Assembly: GCF_036365525.1 (NCBI RefSeq)
Contig: NC_090382.1
Span: forward strand, 111,386,372 to 111,450,371
Reading direction: 5' to 3'
Length of the DNA stretch: 64,000 nucleotides
Source: Heterodontus francisci
Lineage: Eukaryota
Of the stretch, positions 1 to 11,499 are shown piece after piece. The notes beneath the pieces are model-generated. The model was not told the origin of the DNA. It made no database searches and saw only the letters and a list, made by a program, of their open reading frames with translations. Within the stretch, counting starts at the first letter, position 1. Each line of letters opens with the position of its first letter. Both the position numbers and the translations under genes were made by a program.

Positions 1-345
1 CCTGGATAGAGTGGAGGTGAAGGGCCTATTTACCTTAGCGAAGAGGTCAGTGACTAGGGAGGCATAGATTTAAAGTGATTGGTAGAAAGATTAGAAGGGA
101 GATGAGGAAAAAAAAATTTCACCCAGAAGGTGGTGGGGGTCTGTGACTCACACTCACTGCCTAAAAGGGTAATAGAGGCAGAAACCCTCAACTCATTCAA
201 AAGGAGTCTGGATATGCACCTCAAGTGCCGTAATCTTCAAGGCGACGGACTAAATGCTGGAAGGTGGAATTACAATGGGTGGAACGTTTTTCGGTTGGCA
301 CAGACACGATGGGCCAAGTGGCCTCTTTCTCTGTCGTAAACTTTC
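1..345 (+). mobile_element. CR1-clade LINE 3' end fragment
   Basis: Degenerate C-terminal ORF2 (…FFTQKVVGV…SLPKRVIEAETLNSFKRSLDMHL) plus 3' UTR GGGCCAAGTGGCCTCTTTCT and short tandem tail, resembling other CR1 ends in the window. Confidence 0.8.
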
Positions 346-542
346 GTAAATTCTGTGAAAATCTTACTGCGGGACCACATCCCTCGTTCTGCCTATGTCA
401 TTTGTACCAATGTGTACAACGAGTGATTGTCCGGAGATCAGCATTTACAAAAGTTATTTCCTCCTACAATCCACGGGTTTGTAAATTCAAAGTAGGCCAC
501 ATTTTCAAGGCAATATTACCACAATTAACTTTTCAGCCAGTT

Positions 543-922
543 TGGGTGCACAAACCCGTGGATTGTAGGAAGATTGTCTATTGATAAGTGGTACATTTTT
601 TTCCCGCCGTTTATCTTCATAGCAAGCTAATGGAGCATATTAGAAACAGAATAAAGGTGCATGTTCAAATGAAAAGAACCTAAGCGAAGGATCAAAACAA
701 GTAGTGGAGCACGAAGGTTCAAAAGGCAGCCTAGAAAATGTCGCCGAGTTTGAACCCTTGTGCTCCATTACTGGTTTTGATCCTTCGCCGAGGTTCTTTT
801 CTTCATTTGAAAACACACACGGTATTCAGTTTCTATTATGTTCCATTAGCTTACGACGAAGATACACTGCGAGAAAAAAATGAACCACTTATCAATCGAC
901 ATCTTTGATGGAAGTGCACCCA
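543..922. repeat. Long imperfect inverted repeat (foldback/MITE-like palindrome, ~380 bp)
   Basis: Left arm GTCTATTGATAAGTGGT…GAAGGATCAAAAC…TGGAGCAC…GGTTCAAA is the reverse complement of right arm TTTGAACC…GTGCTCCA…GTTTTGATCCTTCG…ACCACTTATCAATCGAC; outer TGGGTGCAC (543) / GTGCACCCA (914); centre ~735. Confidence 0.85.
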
Positions 923-1541
923 TAAAACGTGGAGCTTTGTGCAGCCTATAACAGTTTCAGATATTGGGCATATTTTCCAAGACCATGTTCGAATTCAAGG
1001 TATCACATATTATGTAATAAGTAATAAGATTTTGCTTTGCCGCATATTTAAACAACCGGAAAATTTATAAATTGCGAACTGCTCCTGAAAGTTGGCTGTA
1101 TTGTGTACTGCACCGTTGTCTTTCTCACAAACCATTTGATGCGTATGAGCCATGTTATTCAGGATGGTTTAGAAACTTGGTGAAAGGATAACTGATTTTT
1201 TTTTAATGAAAGCTGTTTTCAGGATACCTAAACAATTTCGCAGTTTTGACAAGGTAATAGGTTCATGCCGCACATTTTGTTTTGAATTCCCATTGCTTCA
1301 AAGCACAACATTCTCAACAGTATCGCATTTTTTTCCTTTACCACAAGTTTCTCTGCACATTACTTAGTTGTTAATGGACATCAAAGCTGCCGTCCTTTAC
1401 AAAATGTGCTATTTGTTCATAACGTCAATAGGAAATTCTAACAATTGTTTAGCACAGGATATAAGATTTATGCTACTTGAACTAATATTTATAAAACTGC
1501 ATATGAAAACATGAAAATCTAAACAGGAAATACACGTCCAT

Positions 1542-2467
1542 TCTTACGAGCGACCACTCCAGTCAAAGCTCCCAATCAAAATATACAATTCTGATTGTGG
1601 TGGGAGAAAGGAACTGTTAATTCAATCCCATCGCTCCACAGATCACCTCACAAATCATTTTAAACTTTCCAAATTAAAGAAAGACCAAGCCAAATTGTAC
1701 CATCAAATGAGGCTAACCAAACCAAGCTTCTTTAAATCAACAAATTAACTGATTAGTTAAAAACTAAATTATTCAACACTATGAAGATATAGGCAACATT
1801 GAAAATATAAAAAAATAGAGTCCTTGCAAATTTACAGTCCTTGATGTCCTTACAGCCGTCCGATGGGGAAAAAAGGTTCTTCAACAGTAGAACAGTCCAT
1901 AGTCTAATTCCACCAGTAAGTGATGCTTTCCTTCTCCAGCAAATTTCAACAATTAACAACTTGCAAACACTTTTTCAATTAATCAATTTGACTTTAGAGT
2001 TATTGAGGGTTAAAATATTGTCACAGTCTGACTTCCCTTCCTTCAGTTTAAATTATCAGATATCTCCGTGTTGGCTTGTCATTTTTTTTTAGAATTTTGA
2101 GAGATAATAATTAAATAGACTAAAATTCCCTTCATTCAGTTTAACTTGCTGAGCGCTTTTTTTTCAGGTACCAACACCAGCTGTGTCTGATATTTCTGTT
2201 AGAACAAACTGTATTCAACTAATAAGCCAGTTCAAAATTGAATTACAACAAATGTATCGCTTGATACTCACTCCATGTGGCTTTATCTATGATAACAAGA
2301 ATGCACCCTATGAATCACAGTCTCCAAATGGTTGTATCCAATGGCAACCTAAAATGCAGTTTTCTACTTCCTGAGGCTTTCTGGTTCTTAAAGCAGTACT
2401 GATCATTTGCAAGCCTTAAAGGCAACCCACATATTCCCGGGAGAAAAAAAATTACAGGACCATGACA
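1542..2467 (-). mobile_element. 3' LTR of Gypsy (Gmr1-like) LTR retrotransposon
   Basis: 1542-~1995 is a direct repeat of 8258-~8705 (CCAGTCAAAGCTCCCAA…TACAATTCTGATTGTGGTGGGAGAAA…); on the minus strand it begins TGTCATGG at 2467, preceded by a purine-rich GGGCGGAGG (PPT-like). Confidence 0.8.
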
Positions 2468-3214
2468 CCTCCGCCCGTAGCGGAATGAAACGCCATTCCT
2501 GAAATGTGTTTCATTACAATGGGTAAAAATATTACAAATTGAAAAAATGCCAACACATTTTTTTCCTGCAGTTACAGATATACACTTTTCTTTTTTAAAA
2601 AATGCTTAGACTACAGCAACAAGTTCATTTTAGCTTTAAATTTTCAGAAGGTTGTTCCAATTAACCCATTTTAAATTTCCAAGCATAGTCTTCCAATTGT
2701 TTTGCGTTTTCCTTCCAAGTGTCCCTATTGTCCATCACCTCAGCCACGTGAACTACACAGCTAGGAGCACTGACCGCTACTGGGTTTACTACACTCTGAG
2801 ATGTTTCACGAGTACCCCTTAACCTATACAGCATCACTTGACGCTAGTCCCTGTCTGGTGCAACAGAAGCTGATTTTTCATTATCCTGGGGTATCAAAGG
2901 AATTTGGCAGTTTTCCTCGAACACATCTCTCTATTTAAGACACATTGTGTTGTCCGCTCTGTCCTTACAGTCCTTTAAATGAGAATTTGGGTAGGAGTCT
3001 GCTTTCTTTACCACAGTAACTTTTCTAGAGTCTGTGCAAGTTTGAGCCAAACCACCAGGTTTAGACATCAAGACCATCTGCGTATTCCAGCTGTCCTGAC
3101 TCGGTTCATCTAAGCTGCCCTTCAGCATGCATTGCACCTCTGCTTCCACTTGGGCCTGTCTGTCTGGACCTAAGTGACAAGGATGTCATTTTAAAGGAAT
3201 GGTTCCCCCTATAC

Positions 3215-5375
3215 TGGAAACAAAGATTTTACGGTGGGACAGTTGACGAGCAGTGGAGGACATTCAAAGCAATTTTTCAAAGTGCTCAGCAAAAGTATAT
3301 TCCAGTGAAAAGGAGGGACTGGAAGAAAAGGGGTAATCTGCCATGGGTGTCTAAGGAATTAAGAGAGGCTATCAAATTGAAAGAGAAGGCATACAAAGTG
3401 TCCAAAAGCAGCATGAAACTAGAAGATTGGGTAAACTTTAAAGGTCAACAGAAAGCTACAAAAAGAGCTATAAAGAAAAGTAAGATGGAACATGAGAAAA
3501 AACTAGCACAGAATATAAAGACAGATAGAAAAAGTTTCTATAAATATATAAAACGAAAAAGAGTGGCTAAAGTAAACGTTGGTCATTTAGAGGATGAGAA
3601 GGGGAATTTAGTTATGGGATATGATGAAATGGCCGAGGCATTGAACAGGTATTTTGTATCGGTCTTCACAGTGAAGGACATTAATAATATGCCAGTAATT
3701 AACAAAGAGACGAACGTAGGTGAGGACCTGGAAACAATCATTATTACAGAAGAGGTAGTGTTGGGCAAGCTAATGGAGCTAAGGATTGATAAGTCTCCTG
3801 GCCCTGATGGAATGCATCCCAGGGTACTAAAAGAGATGGCGGGAGAAATAGCAGGTGCACTGACGGTAATTTTCCAAAATTCGCTGGACTCTGGGGTAGT
3901 CCCAGTTGATTGGAAAACAGCAGATGTGACGCCACTGTTTAAAAAGGGAGGTAGACAAAAGATGGGGAATTATAGACCAGTTAGCTTAACCTCTGTAGTG
4001 GGGAAGATGCTTGAGTCTATTATCAAGGAAGAAATAGCAGGGCATCTCGATAGAAATTGTCCCGTTGGGCAGATGCAGCATGGGTTCATGAAGGGCAGGT
4101 CATGCTTGACAAATCTTTTGGAATTCTATGATGACATTACGAGCAAGGTGGACAATGGGGACCCAGTGGATGTGGTGTACCTAGATTTCCAAAAGGCCTT
4201 CGACAAGGTGCCGCACAAGAGGCTGCTGCATAAGATAAGGATGCATGGCGTCAGGGGTAAAGTATTAGCATGGATAGAGGATTGGTTGACTAACAGGAAG
4301 CAGAGAGTGGGGATAAATGAGTGCTATTCTGGTTGGCAATCAGTCACTAGTGGTGTGCCTCAGGGATCGGTGTTGGGACCGCAATTATTTACAATTTAAT
4401 TGGATGATTTGGAGTTGGGGCCCACGTGTAGGGTGTCAAAGTTTGCAGATGACACTAAGATGAGTGGCAGAGCAAAGTGTGCAGATGACTGTGAAACTTT
4501 GCAGAGGAGCATAGATACATTGAGTGAGTGGGCAAAGGTCTGGCAGATGGAATACAATGTTAAGAAATGTGAAGTCATTCATTTCGGTAGGAGTAACAGT
4601 AAAAAGGATTATTACTTGAATGGTAAAAAGTTGCAGCATGCTGCTATGCAGAGGGACCTAGGTGTCCTTGTGCATGAATCGCAGAAGGTTGGTCTACAGG
4701 TGCAGCAAGTAATTAGGAAGGCAAATGGAATTTTGTCCTTCATTGCTAAAGGGATTGCGTTTAAAAGCAGAGAGGTTATGTTGCAGCTGTATAAGGTACT
4801 GGTGAGACCGCACCTGGAGTACTGTGTGCAGTTTTGGTCTCCTTACTTGAGAAAGGATATACTGGCACTGGAGAGGGTGCAGAGGAGGTTCACTAGGTTG
4901 ATTCCGGAGTTGAGGGGGTTGGCTTATGAGGAGAGACTGAGTAGATTGGGATTATATTCATTGGAGTTCAGAAGAATGAGGGGGGATCTTATAGAAACAT
5001 ATAAAATCATGAAGGGAATAGATAAGATACAAGTAGAGAGGATGTTTCCACTGGCAGGTGAAGCTAGGACAAGAGGGAATAGCCTCAAGATTAGAGGGAG
5101 CAGATTTAGGACTGAATTAAGAAGGAACTTCTTCACCCAGAGGGTTGTTAATCTCTGGAATTCCTTGTCCAGTGAAGTAGTTGACGCTTCTTCAGTAAAC
5201 GTCTTTAAAGCTAAGGTAGATATCTTTTTGAACAATAAAGGAATTAAGGGATACGGTGGGAGTGCAGGTAAGTGGATCTGTATCCACAAAAAGATCAGCC
5301 ATGACCTTATTGAATGGTGGAGCAGGCTCGAGGGGCTGGATGGCCTACTCCTGCTCCTAGTTCTTATGATCTTAT
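3215..5375 (+). mobile_element. 5'-truncated young CR1 LINE (ORF2 reverse transcriptase) inserted in the Gypsy pol region
   Basis: ORFs 3305-4399 and 4400-5446 are in the same frame, separated by one TAA: [45 protein letters not shown]; TTCTTATGATCTTAT tail; TATAC duplicated at 3210-3214 and 5376-5380. Confidence 0.95.
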
Positions 5376-8004
5376 TATACCCGCATTATTTGTGGCTAAG
5401 ATTGTACATCCTGGCTCATCCCTACAAACTCTTTGAAACTTTGTGAAAACCCTGGACGTCACGCTGTTTTACCTCTAAGTGTAAAAGCCTATGGTTTAAT
5501 TTTCCTAACCATTTTGCATTCGCTAATGGGAGAGTTGGAGGTTCAATCTATGAATTTCCTAGGCCTACTTCTGCATCATCCTTACTATCCTTTTCATGCT
5601 CCATAGTCCCGATTACCTCATACAGCTGTCCTGGCTTATTCTCCGTCCTGCAGTAATATGGTTTCTCAACCACTTGTATGGAAACTAGTGGAACTAGTAT
5701 TATGGTAGGTTGTGGTTTTCACACCATTCGACAGGTGTTGCATGTCCTACAAAAGTGTCTCAGATCCTTTGGAAGAACTGGACAGCGTGCTTATGTATGA
5801 TTTGGTCGTCCGAATTCCCCTATGTCCTGCAAAAGGTATGTCGTGTGCTAACCATAAGAATCCTTGTTGATATTCAGTTGGTACCCCTGTCTGTTCAACA
5901 ACTGTCCAGTCTTCATCAGCAGGCCTATGAGGTGGTCTCCATTTCCTCCTCAAACCCCCGTTTTCCATATAATAGCCTTCTGGAACTCCTTTCGCCTCAG
6001 TCTCTGACAGAGCCATCTGTACTATTCGGTAGATCTCTGGATCAGCTTGCTCTGCTGCAATGATAGATGATCTGTTAAACATCTCATTTGGATTATCTAA
6101 ATCCCCAAATATGGTTTCAGCTGCCTGGCTATCTATTTGTGGTGTCCCTTTTACCTCCGACAATGGATCCTGTTTAGCCATTGCTTGGGTAACGACACAT
6201 GCAGGAAATATTCCCTGAACTTGTCCCTGTAATTTTTCTGTTTCCCGAAGTTCACTTGGTTCCTCTGTAACTATAGGAAAAACTGATATTTTTGATCCAG
6301 CCAAATCATTTCCTCGGAGTAGATCAATTTCCTTTACTGCTAAATTGTGGACAACACCGACAGTTACTACCCAAGATATTAAGTCACTCTCTAGGCACAC
6401 TTTATACAAAGGTCCGTGTATACACACCCTGCCAACTCCATTAAATAAAACTTTAGCGTTCAAGGCGCTCTCTGGTGGAAACCTCACATCTTTCCCCATC
6501 AAGAGTGTTTGGGTTTCTCCTGTGTCCCTCAGTATGTTGATAGGTTTTCCTGACTCACTTGCAGGATACGGAGTTATTCTCTCCTTTGACAAAAAATCAT
6601 TATAACACTCAGGTATTTTATTCTTAACCTCCACACTCCTCTTAGTTTTAGTATCTGGTTTCACATTCACAGCTGTCATTAAAGCTATAGCCTGGTCTGC
6701 CAAAGTCTCAGGCAGATTCTTTTCCGCTGCACTAACTTTGCGTACCCCAACAAGTCCTATGGGTTTACCTCACAATTTGCAGCACTCTGAATGAAGATGA
6801 CCCGTTTTGTTGCAATGATAATACTTTGGCTTGCAAACCTTACTTCTACCCTCACCACCTTCCTTTCTGACCTGAGGAGGTGATCCTGGGACATTCCCAC
6901 CTGTTCCTTCTTGTCCCCAGCTACTTGCCTTTCTTCCACTCTCCCATTTTCTATCCTTCTCGGGTTTATGGGGGTGATGGACAAAATAGCTTGGCTTATT
7001 CACAAGCTCAAAATCATTGGCAATCTCGGCTGCTTGCCTAGCTTTCAAAACTTTCAGGTTATCTATATGCGTTCTCAGTACTGAAGGAATGGAGTTTTTA
7101 AACTCTTCGAAGAGAATTAATTCTCGAAGGTTCTCATATGTGGTTTTTATCTTTAATGCCCGTATCCGACGGTCAAAATTCATTTGCTTCACCTTCTCAA
7201 ATTCTAAATATGTCTGCCCAGTCAATCTCCGGAAGTTCCTAAACTTCTGACGGTAAGCTTCAGGGACTAACTCATATGCAGCGAGAATAGCCTTTTTTGC
7301 CATCCCATAATCGGCAGAAGCCTCTTCAGAATGCATGGCATATGCTTCATGAGCTCTGCCTACCAGCCTGCCCTGAATGAGGAATGTCCAGCTTTCTTTA
7401 GGCTATTTCATCTGTTTGGCTATTTTTGCAAAAGATATGAAAAATGCCTCTCCATCCCTTTACTCGAATGTATAAATTTAAACAACTTTTCGTTGGGTCC
7501 TGATATAAATTCTGATTATTCTTGACCCTTTTGTCTTAGTTCCATCTCTTTACACTTAAATTCCCTCTCTTCTCTTTCACTTTCTTTTTGAAGTTCAAGT
7601 TTTCTAATTCTTTTTTGCTGCTGAAGCTCCAGTTTGTTTTAAATTTCTAACTGAATCCTAGCCAATTCCACTGCATCACTCTCTGATCTACTACCTTCAT
7701 GTTTCTCACATTCCCTTTTTGTTCCTCATATTGCCCTTTATCTGCATCATCTTTTTCTACTAATTCCTAATTCAGCTATTATGTAAATTATCTCTGCTTT
7801 TTTGGCACCTGGTTTCAATCCCAACATGAATTTCGCTGCCAATTCTTTTAATTTGTCCTTAGTTAAAGTTATCGAGTCACTCAGGAACATATTCTGCTTT
7901 CCCAAAAACTCTGCTGCAACCACTAATGCCATAACAATGGTATAGACTGTACCTAATTATACAAGAGACCTGATTATTTTAATTTCTTTGTAATTGGTGT
8001 TAGA

Positions 8005-8257
8005 ATTAGATCCCAACAATCAAGCTTCCAACTGATATGATCCCAAACTCGAGAGCAATTAATATGATGCCAAATGCAAGACCCCAATTTGAATATGTTA
8101 TCTCAGAAACGAGTAATTCATATGATTCCAAATGTGAGCCTTCCAGATTAGTCTGATTCTGATCCCAGAATCAAGCCACCGAATTAAGATATGATTCAAA
8201 TCCTGAGAAACGCAAGTAATATGTTATTCAAAATCCCAGAAGAGCCCCCAATAAATA
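8005..8257 (-). repeat. Degenerate tandem array (~8 units, ~27-36 bp) of PBS/LTR-junction-like sequence
   Basis: Recurrent ATATG(A/T)T…CCCA…(G/A)AG…CCAA units immediately inside the 5' LTR. Confidence 0.6.
8233..8250 (-). other. Primer binding site complementary to the tRNA-Pro 3' end
   Basis: Minus strand TGGGGGCTCTTCTGGGAT vs canonical tRNA-Pro PBS TGGGGGCTCGTCCGGGAT (2 mismatches), 7 nt from the LTR end at 8258. Confidence 0.8.
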
Positions 8258-8705
8258 TGTTATGACCAACCGCCCCAGTCAAAGCTCCCAACCAAAAGCA
8301 TACAATTCTGATTGTGGTGGGAGAAACACAGTTAATTCAATCCCGTCGCTCTATAGATTGCCTAACATGTAATTTTAAACTTTCCAAATTAAAGAAAAAC
8401 CCAGCCAACTTGTACTATTAAATGAGGCTAACCAAATCAAGTGTCTTTAAATAAACAAATTAACTGTTTAATTAAAAAAACTAAATTCATAAACACTATG
8501 AAGATATAAACAACATTTAAAATAGAAAAAAATAGAGTCCTTGCAAATTTACAGTTCAATGTTGCTTGAATTCCTCACCGCCGTCTGATGGGGAAAAAAG
8601 ATTCTTCCATGGTCTAATTCCAGCAGTAAGTGATGCTTTCCTTCTCCAGCGAATTTCAACAATTAACAACTTGCAAACACTTTTTAAATGAATCAAGTTG
8701 ACTTT
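8258..8705 (-). mobile_element. Partial 5' LTR of the Gypsy element (truncated at Penelope-like insertion)
   Basis: Direct repeat of 1542-1995; ends …CATAACA on the minus strand next to the PBS. Confidence 0.8.
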
Positions 8706-8707
8706 CG

Positions 8708-9452
8708 AAATATAAACAAGAAATGTTGTAAATACTCAGCAGGTCTGGCAGCATCTGTGGAGAGAGAAGCAGAGTTAACGTTTCGGGTCAGTGACCCTCC
8801 TTGGGAACTGGCAAATGTTAGAAATGTCAAAGGTTATAAGCAAGTAATGCGGGGGTGGGGTAAGAGATAACAAAGGAGAAGGTGTAGATTGGACAAGGCC
8901 ACGTAGCTGACCAAAAGGTCATGGAGCAAAGGCAAACAATATGTTAATAGTGTGTTGAAAGACAAAGCATTAGTACAGATAAGGTGTTAACGGACTGAAT
9001 ATTGAACAGCAGCAAGTGCAAACATGAAAAAAAACAGTGGGTAAGCAAACTGAACAAACTAAGATGAAATGAAATAAATGCAAAAAAAGGTTGTAAAAAT
9101 GTAAAAAAGAAAAAAAGATAAAATAACTAAAAATGAAAGTAAAATGGGGGGCTGTCATGCTCTGAAATTATTGAACTCAATGTTCAGTCCGGCAGGCTGT
9201 AATGTGCCTAATCGATGGATGGGATGCTGTTCCTCGAGCTTGCGTTGATGTTCACTGGAACACTGCAGCAATCCCAGGACAGAGATTTGAGCATGAGAGC
9301 AGGGGGGAGTGTTGAAATGGCAAGCAACCGGAAGCTCAAGGTCCTGCTTGCGGACTGAGCGGAGGTGTTCCGCAAAGCGCTCACCCAGTCTGCGCTTGGT
9401 CTCCCCAATGTAGAGGAGACCACATTGTGAGCAGCGAATACAGTATACTACT
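8708..9452 (-). mobile_element. Penelope-like element 3' part (GIY-YIG endonuclease + 3' UTR)
   Basis: Minus strand encodes VVYCIRCSQCGLLYIGETKRRLGERFAEHLRSV…LPVACHFN…GLNIEFNNFRA; UTR shared with 17787-18292, 54690-55827 and 63682-64000. Confidence 0.9.
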
Positions 9453-9944
9453 GTTAGAAAAGTTAGAAATGCATGGTTTGATAAACAGACAATTTATGCA
9501 TGAAGTTAATATATTTAAACCACAAACGTGTAGATAATGCAGACCAACTCTTTCCACTAACTAGAGTTGGCCATACTCAACAATAGATACCATTTACAAG
9601 GCATGAAGATCGTTAGATAATTGATAAAGTACGCTGTTCAACCTAGAACAGATATCTCGGAAGGTCTTTCACGGGGTTTACTTTGTAACTAAAGATAAAT
9701 TAACACTCTTAGAAACAGCATGAAGCAAGGTAAATACTTCTATATTTTTGTTGTGTTCCCTAAGAAAACAACTTTGAAGTGGATTGTCTGTTCACCAAAT
9801 AGATACAGCTCACTTGCCAGAAGCCAAAACCATACTCTGGCTTTCAGACAAATCTTCCAATTGTTTTGTTTTCTCTCGCTTTCTAGATGTAAGTGATGCG
9901 ACAGCGTTACCTTATTGCCCAACCCTAAATATTGTAGGTCTTCT

Positions 9945-10930
9945 CCATGAACCACTGCAGTCCTTAAGCTGATGTTGCCACAATAATGTTAGTCAGAATA
10001 TCCAGGATTTTGATACAGCGACTATGACGGAATGGGGAGTATATTCTCAAATCATGATGATATTTAACATCATGAGGATGTGATGGAGTAACCTGGACAT
10101 TTCTTGGGTATTTCATCTCAGTAGTAGAGATCGTGAAGATGGGTGCTGCTGCAAAAGTAAGCTGTATGATTTTATGCACTTTATCCTATTGTTACCACAT
10201 TTTGCAGTTGTATTGAGTCTGTCCAGGTACAGGGATGCTAATCAAGCGGGCTGCTCTGGCCTGAAAGTTGAATGGAGCAAGTGGTTCGTAGCACGTTATA
10301 AAGTACCCATCCGCTGTCACCTTGTTGATATAACTTTCCATTTAGTCTCGGTGCCCATGATGTTCCTGTCAGGGTCTTAATAATGTCGAAAACAAGGGGC
10401 AGATGTTTCGAGCAGTTTCTGTTTGGGATGTTCATTATCTGGTAATCATATGTTGTGAATGCTAACTACCATTTGTCAGCTCAAGCTTAGGTGTTGTCCC
10501 AAGAACTGCTTCATTATCAGAGGAGTCATTAATGAATCGGAACAATGAAATTGTAATCAAAAAGCTTCTCCCGGCCTTATGATGAAGGTTATTGATGAAA
10601 CAACTTTGAAAAGTTAGCGCCGAGCACCTTGTTCTAAGGAACACTTATGTTGATGTCCTGGGATTACATCATTGACCTCTAACAACCCGGATCGTATTCT
10701 TGTGCATCAGGAATGACTCCAGCCTCTGCAAGGTTTTCCCACTGACTTCAGTTTCACTGGATCTCCTTCGTGCCCTATTCGATAAAATACTAACTTGTTT
10801 TCGAGCTAGCTACTCGCGAATATTTTGGAATTCAACTCTTGCGTTCATGTCTGGATGAAGCCAAGATATTCTAGCAGCAGTTGAACTGAAAGTCCGTGAG
10901 CTGGTTATTGACGAGTAGGTCTTACTTCAG
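9945..10930 (-). mobile_element. Highly decayed L2/CR1-type LINE remnant
   Basis: Patchy similarity to the better-preserved copies at 30885-32270 and 40655-41990. Confidence 0.5.
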
Positions 10931-11230
10931 GGCAGTGAATTTACTTCACAGTGAGAAACACATATTTTCCCAGTGTAAATAATTTCTATAAATGTCGAAG
11001 GAAATGCCAATACATGTAGTGCCATTGGAAACGGTTTCGTGTGTAATATGTACAAAATATCTTGCGTAAACCATACATTTACGTACAGAACGCACGGATT
11101 TATTGTAATTATGGTAAATTGTAACGTGGATTTAGTTACAAGAAATTATTACGCTAGCTGTATTTCAGCATATACTAATTTAGAAGATTGTGGTCGGTAA
11201 TTTGTTTAAAGTATTGCTTTATCATCATTT

Positions 11231-11330
11231 CAGTGTAGTTATGGGCTGAGACACTTTGTGTCGCTGTCTACCAATAAGGAGATGAAACACCGCTGGTGAT
11301 CCACCACCCTGCCCCAAACACTAGGGGAAG
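11231..11330 (+). promoter_or_regulatory. cPcdh variable-exon promoter 1 with conserved sequence element (CSE, CGCT core; putative CTCF site) and CCAAT box
   Basis: GTGTAGTTATGGGCTGAGACACTTTGTGTCGCTGTCTACCAATAAGG; CGCT at 11262-11265, ~235 bp upstream of the ATG; block recurs before all four exons. Confidence 0.9.
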
Positions 11331-11499
11331 GAAACAGAGGGATTGCTGGTCTTTTTATTCATATAAAGAGCGAGATCGTCAGAAGGTCTCCACGCTTTTC
11401 AAGTCTCCTGCCAAATTACATTGTTTAATTTGGGTGTAATCAAGGTACTGGCCGAGAAAAAGATTTATGAGAGGCGACGGGTTCAACCCTGCAAAATAA

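Larger units (their letters stand above)
2468..8257 (-). mobile_element. Degenerate internal region of Gmr1-like Ty3/Gypsy retrotransposon (gag with SCAN-like domain and zinc knuckle, protease, integrase N-term, RT fragment)
   Basis: ORF 6770-7336: YELVPEAYRQKFR (SCAN/CA-like) and xYHCNKTGHLHSEC knuckle; ORF 5747-6703: LRDTG protease motif then LAHDIPFAGHRG (integrase Zn-binding H..H); ORF 2931-3149: EPSQDSW…KPGG…ADSYP (RT N-term); many stops and deletions. Confidence 0.85.

Noticed and set aside
8005-8257. CRISPR array
   Set aside because: Eukaryotic context, no identical repeats and no cas genes; better explained as PBS-like tandem units of an LTR element.
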